Shown: positions 21,386 to 33,716, counted from the stretch's first letter. The stretch is 64,000 bases of DNA from Nitrospiraceae bacterium (GCA_050246315.1 JBFWWG010000002.1:128001-192000), one strand, 5' to 3'. Numbers and translations: made by a program. The notes: generated from the letters alone by a model not told the origin.

Positions 21386-22216
21386 TCATCGTCGAGACTC
21401 GGGAGGAATGGCCACATCGGTGACCTTATTCTCGTCGTCCAAGAGCAGGATCACCGACTTCCCTCTCGGCAGATTGCCGAGCTTATCCTCGACAAATGGA
21501 CGCACTTCTACATAGTGCTCTTTTCCGTCGTTGGTACGAACCGTCGCCATCAAGGCCGGCGGGGTGATGAGCGTGGCTTCGAGTTGTCGGTCCGAAGCTT
21601 TGGGGACCGAACGCGTCCATTCTTGGACTTGCCGGTGAGTCACTTGGTCGTCCGCGAAGGTCGCATCCAGAATCTTGTTGGTCTCACCGATCAAAAACAG
21701 AGCGGGCAAACCGATCGGGAGCGCCGCCACCTTCAAGCGAGCCAACGGCCGAACAGCGAATGCCTCCTCTTTGCCGTTGTCCGTTCTGATCACAGCCCAT
21801 TCGTACCCCACGACGAGCGGTTGCGCCAGTTGACCTCTCACGATCCGATGCCAACCCGGCTCGTTGACCGGATGGTAGTCGACCACGAGATTCTCCGCAC
21901 TCACCGCCAATTCGATTCGGTCGCCGGTCTTGAGCGACCATTCTCCTTTCTCCAATGCGCCTTTGAGCGGAATGAATCGAGGTTCCAGTTCACCGATATT
22001 GACCCTGATCATTCCGCCTTCGATGGCTTCTACGGTTCCGAGCACGATGCGTTCTCCGGGCAGCAGAACTAAATGGCCCGGATAGGACTCCATCCTGATC
22101 GGTTCTTCCGCCCAGGCGGCCGACGTCAACACCATCGAGAAAACTAGGATCGCGCCGGCCCCTACCATTGAAGGAGACACACTTCTGTTCTTTGACTGAA
22201 CCTGTGAGACATTCAT
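21386..22216 (-). CDS. exported protein with three internal beta-rich repeats
   Basis: Signal peptide ending AWA; repeated IRTDNGKE..VRP and VRTNDGKE..VRP units. Confidence 0.7.
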   Translation of the reverse strand: MNVSQVQSKNRSVSPSMVGAGAILVFSMVLTSAAWAEEPIRMESYPGHLVLLPGERIVLGTVEAIEGGMIRVNIGELEPRFIPLKGALEKGEWSLKTGDRIELAVSAENLVVDYHPVNEPGWHRIVRGQLAQPLVVGYEWAVIRTDNGKEEAFAVRPLARLKVAALPIGLPALFLIGETNKILDATFADDQVTHRQVQEWTRSVPKASDRQLEATLITPPALMATVRTNDGKEHYVEVRPFVEDKLGNLPRGKSVILLLDDENKVTDVAIPPESRR

Positions 22217-22522
22217 TGGTCCGTCCTTTCATGATCGACGTGTGAGCGATTGGCTGTGATGTCCACTCACGGCGATCGGTGCGCGCTCTTCGCACCAGGC
22301 CTGCGATCTCCAGCGCCTTCTCGACTTGCGACCGTGCTATCCATCCGGCCGCGCACCTCGTTGACCCCCACATCGACCTCATGGAGCGCTTCTTGGCAAC
22401 AGGGGTTCAGATAGCGCGGCGTCATCCCGAGTTGTGCGCCGCCGACCCGATCAGGATCGCATAGTCCATCCTCACATCTGACACCGCTGTGATGCTCATT
22501 CGGCGGGCCGATGGTCATCGAT

Positions 22523-23974
22523 TTACCCCGTGAGACTCCGCTCCATCGCCCGAACAAAATGGATGAGAGGGGCCGGATAGAGCCCGAGCCAGAATAAAAG
22601 CCCGGTGAGCATGGCGAGCACCAGACCGTCGGGGTACGACGTGTGTGGACCCTGAGCGTACGCCGCGTCGTGAAGGCCCCGCCCCTCGCCGGCGGTCATC
22701 GCGACGATGACCCGCAAATAGTAGAACAGGCCGATGACGCTGTTGACCACAAGGAGCAGGACCAGCAGCCAGAGCGCCGAGTTCACCCCTGCGGCAATCA
22801 CGTAAAATTTCCCCATAAAGCCAGCCGTGAGCGGGATTCCTGCGAGCGATAACAACATGACGATGAAGACCGTTGCGATCCACGGTCGGTTCCAGAGCAG
22901 ACCCCGGTAGTCGTCCATAGCCTCGGCTTCGGCTCCCGGTTTGGACAAGACGCTGACGACACCGAAAGCACCGAGAGTCGTGATGAAGTAGGCGACCAGA
23001 TAAAATGTTACGGCTTCAATCGCCAACGGCCCCCCGGCCAGAAACGCAACCAGCAGATATCCCAGGTGGGCGATTGAGGAATAGGCGAGCAGACGCTTCA
23101 CATTGTCCTGCAACAAGGCCAGCAGATTGCCTGCGAACATGGACAGGGTCGCAATTCCCGCCAGCACCCACCAGAGGATCTCCGAACGAAAGGCCGCGAT
23201 CTCCACGAAGTAACGGAGCAGCAGGGCGACCATGGCGCCTTTCGAGACGGTCGCGACAAAGGCGCTCACCGGCGCCGGTGCCCCTTGATAGATATCGGGC
23301 GCCCACATGTGAAACGGCACCACCGCCAATTTGAAGCCGACGCCGGTCAGGATGAGCATCAATCCGACAAGAAAGGTGGAGGACAGGTCGCTTGTGCCGA
23401 CCAACGAGGCCGCGGTGCGGGCGAACTCCATCGTGCCGGAGTGGAAGTAGATCATGGCCATGCCCAATAGGAGAAACGCCGACGAGGTACCCGACAGAAT
23501 CAGATACTTGATACCGGCCTCCAGCGGACGAGGATCGCTGCGCCGGTAGGCGATGAGCACATAGAGAGACAGGCTGAGCAATTCCAGCCCGAGAAAGAAC
23601 GAGGCGAAATGTGTCGCGGCCGCCATCGTCATGGCTCCCAGAGTTGCGAACAACAGGAGTGCGTAGAACTCCTCGCGCTGACCCTCCTGGTTCTTCAGGT
23701 ATCCGTACGAGAGAAGTGTTACGGCCAGACTCGCGGCCAGAATAAGCCCGGCATAGAACAACGCGTACGTGTCGATAATCAGCAACGCCGTGACGGGACG
23801 AGGCGCGACTCCGCCCGCGACCGGCAGCATCAGGAATGCTACCGTCAATCCCAGCGACGTCACGGTCGCGACGACTCCATGAACACGATGAAACGCCGCG
23901 ATCATCAGCACGATCAAGGATGAAACGGTCGTGACGAGCAGCGGCAGCAGTGCGATGAAATCCGCCACGGTCAT
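22523..23974 (-). CDS. nuoN: NADH-quinone oxidoreductase subunit N
   Basis: FKLAVVPFHMWAPDIYQGAP, KRLLAYSSIAH. Confidence 0.95.
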   Translation of the reverse strand: MTVADFIALLPLLVTTVSSLIVLMIAAFHRVHGVVATVTSLGLTVAFLMLPVAGGVAPRPVTALLIIDTYALFYAGLILAASLAVTLLSYGYLKNQEGQREEFYALLLFATLGAMTMAAATHFASFFLGLELLSLSLYVLIAYRRSDPRPLEAGIKYLILSGTSSAFLLLGMAMIYFHSGTMEFARTAASLVGTSDLSSTFLVGLMLILTGVGFKLAVVPFHMWAPDIYQGAPAPVSAFVATVSKGAMVALLLRYFVEIAAFRSEILWWVLAGIATLSMFAGNLLALLQDNVKRLLAYSSIAHLGYLLVAFLAGGPLAIEAVTFYLVAYFITTLGAFGVVSVLSKPGAEAEAMDDYRGLLWNRPWIATVFIVMLLSLAGIPLTAGFMGKFYVIAAGVNSALWLLVLLLVVNSVIGLFYYLRVIVAMTAGEGRGLHDAAYAQGPHTSYPDGLVLAMLTGLLFWLGLYPAPLIHFVRAMERSLTG

Positions 23975-23977
23975 GAG

Positions 23978-25480
23978 TTATCTCCTCGAGACGACGGCGG
24001 GCCCGTCGCCAAATCGGCGCAGGTTCTCCAGGGACCGCCCGGCCGTCTCTAACACCGGCTGGGGATAGAGGCCCAGCCACACTTGGATAGCGATCATCGC
24101 TCCCAAGGTGGCCAGGTCACGCGCCGACAGATCCGGCACGTTCCACCTTTGGTGAGTGGAACCGTGAAACGTGCGCTGCATGAGCGTCAGGGAGTAGATA
24201 ACGGCGGCCACCAGGCCCGCGGCGGCGAGCGCGGTCACCGGCACACTGACGCGGTAGCTTCCCAGGAGCACCAGAAACTCGCCGATGAAGTTCCCCGTGC
24301 CAGGAAGTCCCAGCGAGGCAATTGCGAACACCAGCGTGATGGCGCCGAATCGAGGAAGGGTCTCCCACAAGCCCCCCATGCGGCGCATGTCGCGGGTGCC
24401 CAGCCGCTCCTGCAGCGCGCCCGCCAGGATGAACAGGGCGCCGGTGGTGATCCCGTGGGCGATCATCTGCATCACCGCGCCTTCCAGCGCGAACGCATTT
24501 CCGGAATAGATCCCGAGGAGCACGAATCCCAAGTGGCTGACGCTGCTATAGGCGACGAGCCGCTTGAGATCGGTCTGCGCGAAGGCCAGCACCGCTCCGT
24601 AGAGAATGCCGCTCAGACCCAACGTCATGGCGATCGGCGAGAACGCCTCAGCAGCATCCGGAAAAAGCGGCACCGCGAATCGGATCAACCCGTAAGCGCC
24701 GGTTTTGAGCAAGAGTCCCGCGAGAATCACGCTCCCGCCGGTTGGGGCTTCGGTATGGGCGTCGGGGAGCCAGGCGTGAAACGGCACGGCCGGGAGTTTC
24801 ACCGCGAAGCCGGCGAAGAATCCCAACATCAACCACATGGCCACGGTCCGGTCCATCGTGGTCCCCAGCAATTGCTGGTAGTCGAACGTCACCGTACCGG
24901 TTTGCCGGGCATGGAGGAACGTCAGGCCTAGGATCGAGAGCAACATCAGCAGACTGCCGGCCTGCGTGAAGATGAAGAATTTGACGGCCGCGTAGACGCG
25001 ACGCTCGTGCCCCCAGAGACTGATCAGAAAATACATGGGCACCAGCATCACTTCCCAAAACATGAAAAACAGAAACAGGTCCATGGCCAGGAAGACTCCG
25101 AGCACACCGGCCAGAACCCACAGCAGGTTGAAATGAAAGAATCCAACGCGCTCCCGGATTTCGGTCCAGGAGGCCGCGACCGCCGTGAGGCCGAGAAAGA
25201 GGGTCAAGAGGACGAGAAGCAAGCTGAGCCCGTCGAGCGCCAGGTGGACGGTAATGCCGAAGCGAGGAATCCAGGACAGGCTCAGTTCGGCGACCCAGTT
25301 TTCTTGACTCGAGAGCGAGACTCGGGCCGCTCGCTCGACCCAGAGAATGAGCGTCAAGCCAAGATCGATCGTCAGCGCGCCCAACGCAATCCAGCGCGGC
25401 CACTGCGATCCACGCCGGTCGAGCAGCCAGGCCGCTGCACCCGCCGCGAGCGGGAGGAGAATTAGCCAGCCGAGGATCAT
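23978..25480 (-). CDS. nuoM: NADH-quinone oxidoreductase subunit M
   Basis: FWEVMLVPMY, WLPDAHTEAPT; ATGA overlap with nuoL. Confidence 0.95.
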   Translation of the reverse strand: MILGWLILLPLAAGAAAWLLDRRGSQWPRWIALGALTIDLGLTLILWVERAARVSLSSQENWVAELSLSWIPRFGITVHLALDGLSLLLVLLTLFLGLTAVAASWTEIRERVGFFHFNLLWVLAGVLGVFLAMDLFLFFMFWEVMLVPMYFLISLWGHERRVYAAVKFFIFTQAGSLLMLLSILGLTFLHARQTGTVTFDYQQLLGTTMDRTVAMWLMLGFFAGFAVKLPAVPFHAWLPDAHTEAPTGGSVILAGLLLKTGAYGLIRFAVPLFPDAAEAFSPIAMTLGLSGILYGAVLAFAQTDLKRLVAYSSVSHLGFVLLGIYSGNAFALEGAVMQMIAHGITTGALFILAGALQERLGTRDMRRMGGLWETLPRFGAITLVFAIASLGLPGTGNFIGEFLVLLGSYRVSVPVTALAAAGLVAAVIYSLTLMQRTFHGSTHQRWNVPDLSARDLATLGAMIAIQVWLGLYPQPVLETAGRSLENLRRFGDGPAVVSRR

Positions 25481-27366
25481 GAGAGTACCGTCACGGCAAC
25501 AATCACGATTGAGCCGGCGGCAAGGACCGCGGCATACCAGCGGACCCGCCCTGTTTGCGTTCGATGCAGCGCGCCATAACACTCTCGGCTGAGCCAGGTC
25601 AGGCCTTCATAGCCTCGATCGATCAGGTCATCCTTGTTTGTCCGAGCCACCCAAAGAAACGGACGTACGAACAAGAGGTCATACAGCCGGTCAAAGCCCC
25701 ACCCGGCAAACCACCAGCGCGACAAGGTCTCTCCCCACCGCGTCTCCGCCAACGTATCGACCAGGCCGGGGCGACCCAGAAACAGCAGGTACGCGGCGGC
25801 GATGCCAAACAGAGCGACGAACATGGTGAGAACTTGGAATAGAACCTCCGTTGTAACGGATGCCGTCGCGTCGATAGACGGCAGAACTTGGCCGACGAAT
25901 TCACCGAACAGGTGAACATCGCCGAGCGTTCTCGGCATCTGCATGAATCCGACCAGCAGTGCCCCTCCCGCAAGCGCGACCAGCGGGAGCTTTATCACCC
26001 AGCCGGGTGTTGATCCAACCGCCGATTTGGACTCTCCGAAGAAGACGCGGAACACAAGGCGAAAGCTGTACAGCGCCGTCAGTAAGGCACCGAGCATTCC
26101 GGCGCCCCAGAGCCAGACACCACCGATGGGCGAAGCCCAGGCTTCCCACAAGATCCAGTCCTTGCTGTAAAATCCGGCGGTCACGAGCGGAAAACCGGCC
26201 AGAGAAGCCGCGCCGGTGAGGAAGGTCCAGAACGCCACGGGAAGCGTCTTTCGCAGGCCGCCCATTTTGAAAATGTCATGCTCCTCGTGAAGACTCTGGA
26301 TCACGGCACCGGCGGCCAGAAACAACAGGGCCTTGAAGAACGCGTGGGTGGTGAAGTGAAAGAGCGCCGCCGCCCAAGCCCCCACTCCCAGCGCGAGGAA
26401 CATATAACCGATCTGGCTGATCGTCGAGTAGGCCAGCACGCGTTTGAGGTCGCGTTGCACCAGCGCGCTTGAGGCGGCCAGGAGCAGCGTGAGCGCCCCG
26501 ACAGCGGCAACGAGAGCCTGTATGGAGGGCGCGAGACTGTACAACACGTGGGTGCGCGCAATCAGATACACTCCCGCCGTCACCATCGTGGCCGCATGGA
26601 TCAGCGCGCTCACCGGCGTCGGACCGGCCATGGCGTCCGGGAGCCAGGTCTGTAACGGAAGCTGCGCCGACTTGCCAACCGCGCCACCGAGGAGCAAAGC
26701 CGACGCGGCAACGGCCAGGCTCGACCCGACCGGCCATTGTTCGACCGCGCGGGCCATGAGGTCTTGAATGTCCAGCGTGCCCAGATGCGTGAACAACAGG
26801 AAGAGTCCGATCGCGAGCGCGACGTCGCCGAGTCGCGTGACGATGAAGGCCTTCTGAGCCGCCGCTCCATTGGCCGGCTCGCGATACCAGAACCCAATCA
26901 ACAGGTAACTGCAAAGTCCGACCCCTTCCCAGCCCAGATACAACAGCAGCAAATTGTCCGCGAGCACGAGCGTCAACATCGCGGCCACGAACAGGTTCAT
27001 ATACGCGAAGAAGCGGCGGTACCCTTCGTCGCCGATCATGAACTCGGACGAATAGACGTGAATGAGAAACCCGACCAGGGTGATGACGACCGCCATCACG
27101 AGCGACAGCGGGTCCAGATAGAAACCGATGGCCGGCGCGAAGCCGGAAACGTCCAACCACGTCCATAGGGTTTGACTGTAAGCCCGCGCAGGAGGGCTCG
27201 AACCGATGAATGCAACCCCGACGAATCCGGTCAGGGTCATCGCGAGACCCACCGACCCGACTCCGACCAGCGCGATCATGGTGCGCGAGAACCGTCCGCC
27301 GGCCACGGCCAAGACCAGGAAGCCGATAAGAGGTAGCACTGGGATCAACCAGAGAAGGTCGAGCAT
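25477..27366 (-). CDS. nuoL: NADH-quinone oxidoreductase subunit L
   Basis: GKSAQLPLQTWLPDAMAGPTPVSALIHAATMV. Confidence 0.96.
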   Translation of the reverse strand: MLDLLWLIPVLPLIGFLVLAVAGGRFSRTMIALVGVGSVGLAMTLTGFVGVAFIGSSPPARAYSQTLWTWLDVSGFAPAIGFYLDPLSLVMAVVITLVGFLIHVYSSEFMIGDEGYRRFFAYMNLFVAAMLTLVLADNLLLLYLGWEGVGLCSYLLIGFWYREPANGAAAQKAFIVTRLGDVALAIGLFLLFTHLGTLDIQDLMARAVEQWPVGSSLAVAASALLLGGAVGKSAQLPLQTWLPDAMAGPTPVSALIHAATMVTAGVYLIARTHVLYSLAPSIQALVAAVGALTLLLAASSALVQRDLKRVLAYSTISQIGYMFLALGVGAWAAALFHFTTHAFFKALLFLAAGAVIQSLHEEHDIFKMGGLRKTLPVAFWTFLTGAASLAGFPLVTAGFYSKDWILWEAWASPIGGVWLWGAGMLGALLTALYSFRLVFRVFFGESKSAVGSTPGWVIKLPLVALAGGALLVGFMQMPRTLGDVHLFGEFVGQVLPSIDATASVTTEVLFQVLTMFVALFGIAAAYLLFLGRPGLVDTLAETRWGETLSRWWFAGWGFDRLYDLLFVRPFLWVARTNKDDLIDRGYEGLTWLSRECYGALHRTQTGRVRWYAAVLAAGSIVIVAVTVLS

Positions 27367-27367
27367 C

Positions 27368-27688
27368 TCATCCCCACAGGCGGGAGATCGCATCGGCGTC
27401 GAGCGTCTTGGCATGCCGGTACAGTTGCAGCACCAGCGCCAGTCCGATCGCCACCTCCGCCGCCGCCAAGGTCAGGATAAAGAGAAACATGACCTGACCA
27501 TCCGCCTGTCCCCAATTGGCTCCCGCCACGATGAAGGCCAATCCGGCCGCGTTCAACATGATCTCCATCGACATCAACATGAAGATCAGGTTCCGTCGAA
27601 CCAGGAGCCCGATCAGTCCGAGCGCGAACAACATCCCGGCGAGCACCATGCCATGCGCGAGGGGCATCGACAGCGGCACGGTATCCAC
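27368..27688 (-). CDS. nuoK: NADH-quinone oxidoreductase subunit K
   Basis: [27 protein letters not shown]. Confidence 0.95.
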   Translation of the reverse strand: MDTVPLSMPLAHGMVLAGMLFALGLIGLLVRRNLIFMLMSMEIMLNAAGLAFIVAGANWGQADGQVMFLFILTLAAAEVAIGLALVLQLYRHAKTLDADAISRLWG

Positions 27689-27689
27689 C

Positions 27690-28196
27690 TCACAATTCCT
27701 CGTTCCTCACATGCCGTCCCAGATGATACGCGCCGACGAGGCCCGGTAGAAGGAGCATGGAGGCCAATTCGACACCGATCAGATAGGGACCGAGGAGCAC
27801 CACGCTCACCTGTTTGGGAGTTTGAACCACAATGACGTCGGCCTGGTTCAGGACGCCGGCGCCGAACAGATAAAGCCACTCGCCAACGAGGAGCGCCGAC
27901 AATACCGAAGGCCCGATCCACACCGCCGGTGTGAGCCATCCCGCCTCCCGGTCAATTGCCCGGCGTCCGAGGTTCAGCATCATGACCACGAAAATGAACA
28001 GGACCATGATGGCGCCGGCGTAAATCATCATCTCCAACATGGCGATGAACGGCGCGCCAAGAATGAAAAAGACCAGAGCCACAGCCAGAAAGGAGACGAT
28101 CAGGTAGAGCAGCGCATGCACCGCGTTGAGGCTGGTGACGACCAGGCCCGTCGCGACGACCGCCACGAGCCCTGCCAGGTAGAATGCGCCTGTCAT
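27690..28196 (-). CDS. nuoJ: NADH-quinone oxidoreductase subunit J
   Basis: [16 protein letters not shown]. Confidence 0.95.
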   Translation of the reverse strand: MTGAFYLAGLVAVVATGLVVTSLNAVHALLYLIVSFLAVALVFFILGAPFIAMLEMMIYAGAIMVLFIFVVMMLNLGRRAIDREAGWLTPAVWIGPSVLSALLVGEWLYLFGAGVLNQADVIVVQTPKQVSVVLLGPYLIGVELASMLLLPGLVGAYHLGRHVRNEEL

Positions 28197-28708
28197 GGCA
28201 ACAGGCCCCGCACATCAACGGGCGCCGCTTCATGCTCGGCTTCGCCCTTGTCTTTCCCGCCGATTTGAAGCCCGGACACCCGATAAAAGTTGTAGCCGGG
28301 GTATTTGCCTGTGCCGCTGATCAAAAGATCCTCCTTCTCGTAGACCAGGCTTCGCCGGTTGTGCTCGCTCATCTCGAAATCATTGGTGAGCTGGATCGCA
28401 TAGGTCGGGCAGGCCTCTTCGCAATACCCACAGAAAATGCAGCGCGAAAAGTTGATTCGGAACCAGGCCGGATAGCGACGGCCCTGTTCGTCTTCCGTCG
28501 CCTGGAGCGCGATGCAGTCCACCGGGCAGGCGACCGAGCAGAGATAACAGCCGACGCAGCGTTCCTCCCCGTCCGGATCGCGTGACAAAATGATGCGGCC
28601 TCGCCAGCGGGGCGGCAAGTAGAGCTTCTCGTCGGGGTACTGCACGGTGACCGGGCGCTTGAACGCATGGAGAAAGACCAGCCAGATTCCCTTCAACAGC
28701 TTCAGCAT
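28193..28708 (-). CDS. nuoI: NADH-quinone oxidoreductase subunit I
   Basis: Two CxxCxxCxxxCP motifs; RINFSRC. Confidence 0.96.
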   Translation of the reverse strand: MLKLLKGIWLVFLHAFKRPVTVQYPDEKLYLPPRWRGRIILSRDPDGEERCVGCYLCSVACPVDCIALQATEDEQGRRYPAWFRINFSRCIFCGYCEEACPTYAIQLTNDFEMSEHNRRSLVYEKEDLLISGTGKYPGYNFYRVSGLQIGGKDKGEAEHEAAPVDVRGLLP

Positions 28709-28720
28709 CTCATGGCTCGC

Positions 28721-29683
28721 TTACAGGCCAGACCGTCCGGCGACGACCAGCCCTCCGGTAATCACCAGGTTCACCAACGCCAACGGGAGCATGGCCTTCC
28801 ATCCGAACGCCATGAGTTGATCGAACCGAAGGCGCGGGAGTGTGGCTCGGAGCAGGATGAAGAGACCAATGAAGAAAAAGGTCTTGATCCAGAACCACAC
28901 GAATGGCGGGAGCCGGGGCCCCTGCCAGCCTCCGAAGAACAGCAGCGTGATCATGACCGATATCAGGATGATGCCCAGGTACTCCCCCACGAAAAACATG
29001 CCGAACTTCATGCCCGAATATTCCGTATGAAAGCCGGCGACCAATTCGGCTTCCGCCTCGGGGATGTCGAAGGGAACCCGTTTCGTTTCGGCCAGACCGG
29101 CCATCAGGAAAATGACGAACCCGATTGCCTGCGGGATGCAGAACCAGAGGTCTCGCTGCGCTTCCACGATGTCTCGGAGATTGAAGGATCCCGCCAGCAT
29201 CACGACCCCCATGAGCGACAGACCCATGAAGACCTCGTAGCTCAACATTTGTGCCGAGGCGCGGAGCCCTCCCAGCAGCGAGTACTTGTTGTTGGAGGCC
29301 CAGCCCGCGAGCACGACGCTGTAGACGGACAGCGACGACATGGCCAGAACAAACAGCAGACCGACATTCAGATCGGCCACGACGATGGACGGCGCGAACG
29401 GCACGACCGCAAACGACATGAGGACCGTGACGATGATGACGGCGGGCGCGATCACGAACACCGCCTTGTCGGCGAACGGCGGCACCCAGTCTTCTTTCAT
29501 GAAGATCTTGATCATGTCGGCCACCACCTGCAGCAGACCGAACGGGCCGACGCGGTTCGGACCGAGTCGATCTTGCCAGAATCCCAAGAGCCGACGCTCC
29601 AACCAGATCAAGATCGCGCTGAGCGTCAGCACGGTGGCCAGCACCCCGGCGATGACGAGGACCTCTGACAGGATATCGTTCAT
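28721..29683 (-). CDS. nuoH: NADH-quinone oxidoreductase subunit H
   Basis: [24 protein letters not shown]. Confidence 0.96.
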   Translation of the reverse strand: MNDILSEVLVIAGVLATVLTLSAILIWLERRLLGFWQDRLGPNRVGPFGLLQVVADMIKIFMKEDWVPPFADKAVFVIAPAVIIVTVLMSFAVVPFAPSIVVADLNVGLLFVLAMSSLSVYSVVLAGWASNNKYSLLGGLRASAQMLSYEVFMGLSLMGVVMLAGSFNLRDIVEAQRDLWFCIPQAIGFVIFLMAGLAETKRVPFDIPEAEAELVAGFHTEYSGMKFGMFFVGEYLGIILISVMITLLFFGGWQGPRLPPFVWFWIKTFFFIGLFILLRATLPRLRFDQLMAFGWKAMLPLALVNLVITGGLVVAGRSGL

Positions 29684-32409
29684 GGCTCTGCGACCCGCCT
29701 TACCGAACTCCATGCCGGGAGGACGGCATCGGTAAGGCCGGACACCATGGCGAGCCCCGCTGTACCGCGCGGAACGGCCGATTCCAGCCTCACGACGACA
29801 CGGTGCGATTGATCGCCGATTACGACTTCGACCTGTGCGTCGGCTTTGACTTGAAGCCTCGCCGCGTCGTCTGGATGCAACATCAAAGAGGCGTTCCGAG
29901 TCCGTTCTTCCACGGCGGAGGCGCGCGCACTCAATTCCTCACTCCCGAAAATCTGATACCAAGGAAGGATCAGCCACTCGTGAGCGCGAGGCTCAAAGAG
30001 CTTCGATGTGTCGCTAAAGTAAGCCACCATCCTCTTGCCGGACGGCTCGACCAGGCGGAGACCCGGCATCTCCTGTCGCAAGGAGCCGCCGATTTCACTT
30101 TGAAACTTGTTCAACGCTTGGACCGAATTCCAGCCGGGAGCCCAGTATCGGGTGATCAGCGGAGACGGCGGTTGCCCAAGGTAGCCTTCCATCGAAAACG
30201 ACAACGGCGAGTCTGGATCATCCGCTGGTTTGGGTTCGTGCATCGCCAAAGGTGCGTGCATGGCGGTTCGCCCCGTGAAGCGATGCGTCTGTCGAGGGAC
30301 TTTCTGACCGACCATGCGGAAAGTTTCCGACGGCGCGGTCTCTGTGAGCCGTTGAAACTCCGGGGTCGCCTGTGCAAGAGCCGATACGACGTCATCCAGA
30401 CTGTTCCAGACCGCCATATCTCGATTCGCGGAATGGCCTGACGCGATTGCCAGGTCCCGTATCCAGCGCCAGCTTTCCTGAATCTCCTCCTCAGGAGCAA
30501 AGACCTGGTAGAAACGTTGGGCTCGCCCTTCGTTGTTCACGAACGTGCCGTCCGATTCGGCGAACGTGCCGACCGGGAGCCACACATCGGCTTTGGCTGC
30601 GGTGTCGTGTTCCAGGTGATCGAGGAGGATGACCTTTCCTGCGGTATTCAGACAGGCATCCACCGAGACGACGGCGTTTCGACGGTATAGATCGTTCTCC
30701 AGAATAAGAATCGTGTCCGCCGTGCCCGTATTCACGGCGTCGAACGCCTCTTCGAGGCTCGTGCCTCCCAGCATGGCGAGACCCAGGCTGTTCGCCTCCG
30801 GGAGGGCATAGCAGAGCTTCGCATCGGTGCCGCCGCTGCAAAGGGCCCAGGCCACGTTCGCGGCCGCGCGAATCACCGCATCGCTCCGACACCCGGTTCC
30901 GGAGATGATGACAGGACGGACCGCCAGCCGCAGAGCGGCAGCAATGGACTCCGCCAGCGACTTGATCCGAGAGTAAGGAGCCTGGCCCTGCGGTGCCGCA
31001 TGATCCAGGTCATGCGCGACTACGAATCCGAGGGCCGCCAAATCGTCCGGCGCCCCGTGATAGGTTTCCGTCGCGATGTCCGCAAACCAGGTACCGTGCG
31101 GTGTGGCGATGAATAGCGGACCCGGTCGCGATTGGGCCGCCTCCCGCACAGCGGCGTCGTGCCAAGGTGGAATGCCCAGCTTGTCGATGACCTGCATCGA
31201 CCGTTGACGGACCGACTGTCGCACCGCCAAGGCCAAGCGAGGAGCCGTGTTGATCAAGTCCTCGCCAAGAACCAGCACCGCGTCTGCCTGCTCGACATCA
31301 CGGATCGAGGCCGGACGCGCCGGCCCGCGTTTCAGAATATCCAGAATGAGGGAAGCCAGACCGGCATCGGGCGCGGAGAGTCCATGAGAAAAGCGTTCCG
31401 GTCCGACCAACGCACGAAGCGCAAAATTGGCTTCGAGCGAGGCGCGCGGAGAGCCGATGCCGATGACGCGGTCACGCTTCTCGGCCAGCAGTGTTCCCAG
31501 TTCACGCAGGACCGGCTCCTTCTCCGTCGGAACGACCTGGATACTCCTGTTCGGACGAGACATCGCGCGACGGATGCGTCGCTCGCTGTTGACGAAGCCG
31601 TATCCGAAACGTCCACGATCGCAGAGAAAATACCCGTTGATCTCGCTATGGTATCGGTTGAGGATGCGCCGGAGCGTGCCGTACCGCTCGCCGGCGATCG
31701 TATTGCACCCCAGGCTGCAATGGACGCACAGGGACGGCGCGGTCTGCAGATCCCACTTGCGGGTGTAGTGACGCATCAAGGTCTTGTCATCGAACACCCC
31801 CGTCGGACAGACCTCGACGAGGTTGCCGCTGAATTCATTTTGCAACGTCCCGTCTTCCTGCCGGCCGAAGTACACATGGTTTCGAGAACCGAACGCGTTG
31901 AAATCCCGCCCGCCCGCATAGTCTCGGTAGAAGCGCACGCAACGATAACATTGAATGCAGCGATTCATTTCATGGGTGATGAACGGCCCCAAGTGCTGAT
32001 TCCGGAAGGTGCGTTTGTTGAAGCGATAGCGGCGATAGGCATGGCCGGTCATCACGGTCATATCTTGAAGATGGCACTCGCCGCCTTCGTCGCAGACCGG
32101 ACAGTCGTGAGGATGGTTCGCCATCATCCATTCGATGACGCTCGCGCGAAAGGCCTTCGCTTCGGGATCCTCGATGGAGATGCGCGTACCGGCGGTGGCC
32201 GGCGTCATGCAAGCCATGACCAGATGTCCTTCGCGATCACGTTCGTCTCTGAACTGCTTGACCGCGCATTGCCGGCAGGCGCCGACCGAGCCCAACGCCG
32301 GATGCCAACAGAAGTACGGCAGGTTCAAGCCGAGCGAGAGGCAGGCGTGCAGGAGATTCTCGCGCTCGTCCACCTGGTAGGGACGATCATCGATGAGGAT
32401 GGTGGTCAT
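29680..32409 (-). CDS. nuoG: NADH-quinone oxidoreductase subunit G (long, N7-containing)
   Basis: [38 protein letters not shown]; 909 aa. Confidence 0.95.
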   Translation of the reverse strand: MTTILIDDRPYQVDERENLLHACLSLGLNLPYFCWHPALGSVGACRQCAVKQFRDERDREGHLVMACMTPATAGTRISIEDPEAKAFRASVIEWMMANHPHDCPVCDEGGECHLQDMTVMTGHAYRRYRFNKRTFRNQHLGPFITHEMNRCIQCYRCVRFYRDYAGGRDFNAFGSRNHVYFGRQEDGTLQNEFSGNLVEVCPTGVFDDKTLMRHYTRKWDLQTAPSLCVHCSLGCNTIAGERYGTLRRILNRYHSEINGYFLCDRGRFGYGFVNSERRIRRAMSRPNRSIQVVPTEKEPVLRELGTLLAEKRDRVIGIGSPRASLEANFALRALVGPERFSHGLSAPDAGLASLILDILKRGPARPASIRDVEQADAVLVLGEDLINTAPRLALAVRQSVRQRSMQVIDKLGIPPWHDAAVREAAQSRPGPLFIATPHGTWFADIATETYHGAPDDLAALGFVVAHDLDHAAPQGQAPYSRIKSLAESIAAALRLAVRPVIISGTGCRSDAVIRAAANVAWALCSGGTDAKLCYALPEANSLGLAMLGGTSLEEAFDAVNTGTADTILILENDLYRRNAVVSVDACLNTAGKVILLDHLEHDTAAKADVWLPVGTFAESDGTFVNNEGRAQRFYQVFAPEEEIQESWRWIRDLAIASGHSANRDMAVWNSLDDVVSALAQATPEFQRLTETAPSETFRMVGQKVPRQTHRFTGRTAMHAPLAMHEPKPADDPDSPLSFSMEGYLGQPPSPLITRYWAPGWNSVQALNKFQSEIGGSLRQEMPGLRLVEPSGKRMVAYFSDTSKLFEPRAHEWLILPWYQIFGSEELSARASAVEERTRNASLMLHPDDAARLQVKADAQVEVVIGDQSHRVVVRLESAVPRGTAGLAMVSGLTDAVLPAWSSVRRVAEP

Positions 32410-33716
32410 GCCTTCACTCCACCCACGCCGGCACCCTCATTCGACCACGGGCAACGTTTCTCGTGGATGTGCCGTTCAAAATCGCCGCGACAATATTTCA
32501 AGATACTCCGCAGCGGGTCCATCGCTCCGGGCGCCAAGGCGCAAAAGGTTCGGCCGGGACCAAGCAGCTTCGTGTGCCCCTCGATGAGATCGATCTCCTC
32601 CATTCGTCCCTGTCCGTTCTCCAGGCTCTGGAGAATTCGCTCCGTCCAGGACAATCCTTCCCAGCAAGGCGTGCACCAGCCGCAGGACTCTTGCGCGAAG
32701 AAATGTTCCAGATTTTGTGCGAATCCGACCGGGCAGGTCTGCTCGTCCAGCACGATCATCGTCCCCGTTCCCATCCGGCTGCCCGCTCGTTGAATCGATT
32801 CGAAGTCCATCGAGAGATCCAGATGCTCCTTCACGAGCAACGCCGTGGAGGCACCTCCCGGCAGTAGGCCGCGGAGTGAGCAACCGTCTTTCATACCTCC
32901 CGCATGTTCTTCGATAATTTCTCGGATCGATGTGCCCATGGGAAGTTCCCAGGCCCCGGGCCGTTTGACGTTGCCGCTCACCCCGTAGATTTTGGTCCCG
33001 CCATCCTGCCCTCGACCGAGGCGCTTATACCACTCGGCGCCGTGAGCCATAATATGAGGGACGTTACAGAGGGTCTCGACGTTTTGCACGATCGTGGGTT
33101 TGCCCCAGAGCCCGACGACTTGCGGAAAAGGCGGTTTGGACCGAGGAATGGCGCGCTTCCCTTCCAGCGCATTGAGTAAGGCCGTTTCTTCACCGCAAAT
33201 GTACCGCCCCGCGCTCGTGTGGAGGTGCAGCTCGAAGCAGAAACCTGATCCGAGAATGTTGCGTCCGAGATAGCCGTGGGAACGGGCCTCGGCGATGGCT
33301 TGGCGCAACCGTTCGGCCGCCAGCCGGTATTCCCATCGCAGAAAGATGTATCCAACGTTCGCCTCGATCGCATAGGCGCCGATGATCATACCCTCGATCA
33401 ACTGGTGTGGGTCGCCTTCCAACAGGAGTCGATCCTTGAATGTGCCAGGTTCCATTTCATCGGCGTTGACCACGAGATACTTGGGACGGGGTGCGTCCGG
33501 TCCCATCGGCACGAAGCTCCATTTCTTGCCGGTCGAAAACCCGGCGCCGCCGCGCCCACGGAGCGTGGACTCGGTGACGAGCTTCTGCACTTCTTGGGGA
33601 GCCATCGTCCGCAACACCTTGCGCACGGACTCATACCCCCCGGCCTTCTCGTACTCGGTCACCCACAGCGGCTCGGCGTTCGGCCTGATGCGGCCCGTCA
33701 GCGGCTGCTCCCCCAT
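32406..33716 (-). CDS. nuoF: NADH-quinone oxidoreductase subunit F
   Basis: GRGGAGF, NADEMEPG, YICGEETAL, SCGWCTPC. Confidence 0.96.
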   Translation of the reverse strand: MGEQPLTGRIRPNAEPLWVTEYEKAGGYESVRKVLRTMAPQEVQKLVTESTLRGRGGAGFSTGKKWSFVPMGPDAPRPKYLVVNADEMEPGTFKDRLLLEGDPHQLIEGMIIGAYAIEANVGYIFLRWEYRLAAERLRQAIAEARSHGYLGRNILGSGFCFELHLHTSAGRYICGEETALLNALEGKRAIPRSKPPFPQVVGLWGKPTIVQNVETLCNVPHIMAHGAEWYKRLGRGQDGGTKIYGVSGNVKRPGAWELPMGTSIREIIEEHAGGMKDGCSLRGLLPGGASTALLVKEHLDLSMDFESIQRAGSRMGTGTMIVLDEQTCPVGFAQNLEHFFAQESCGWCTPCWEGLSWTERILQSLENGQGRMEEIDLIEGHTKLLGPGRTFCALAPGAMDPLRSILKYCRGDFERHIHEKRCPWSNEGAGVGGVKA

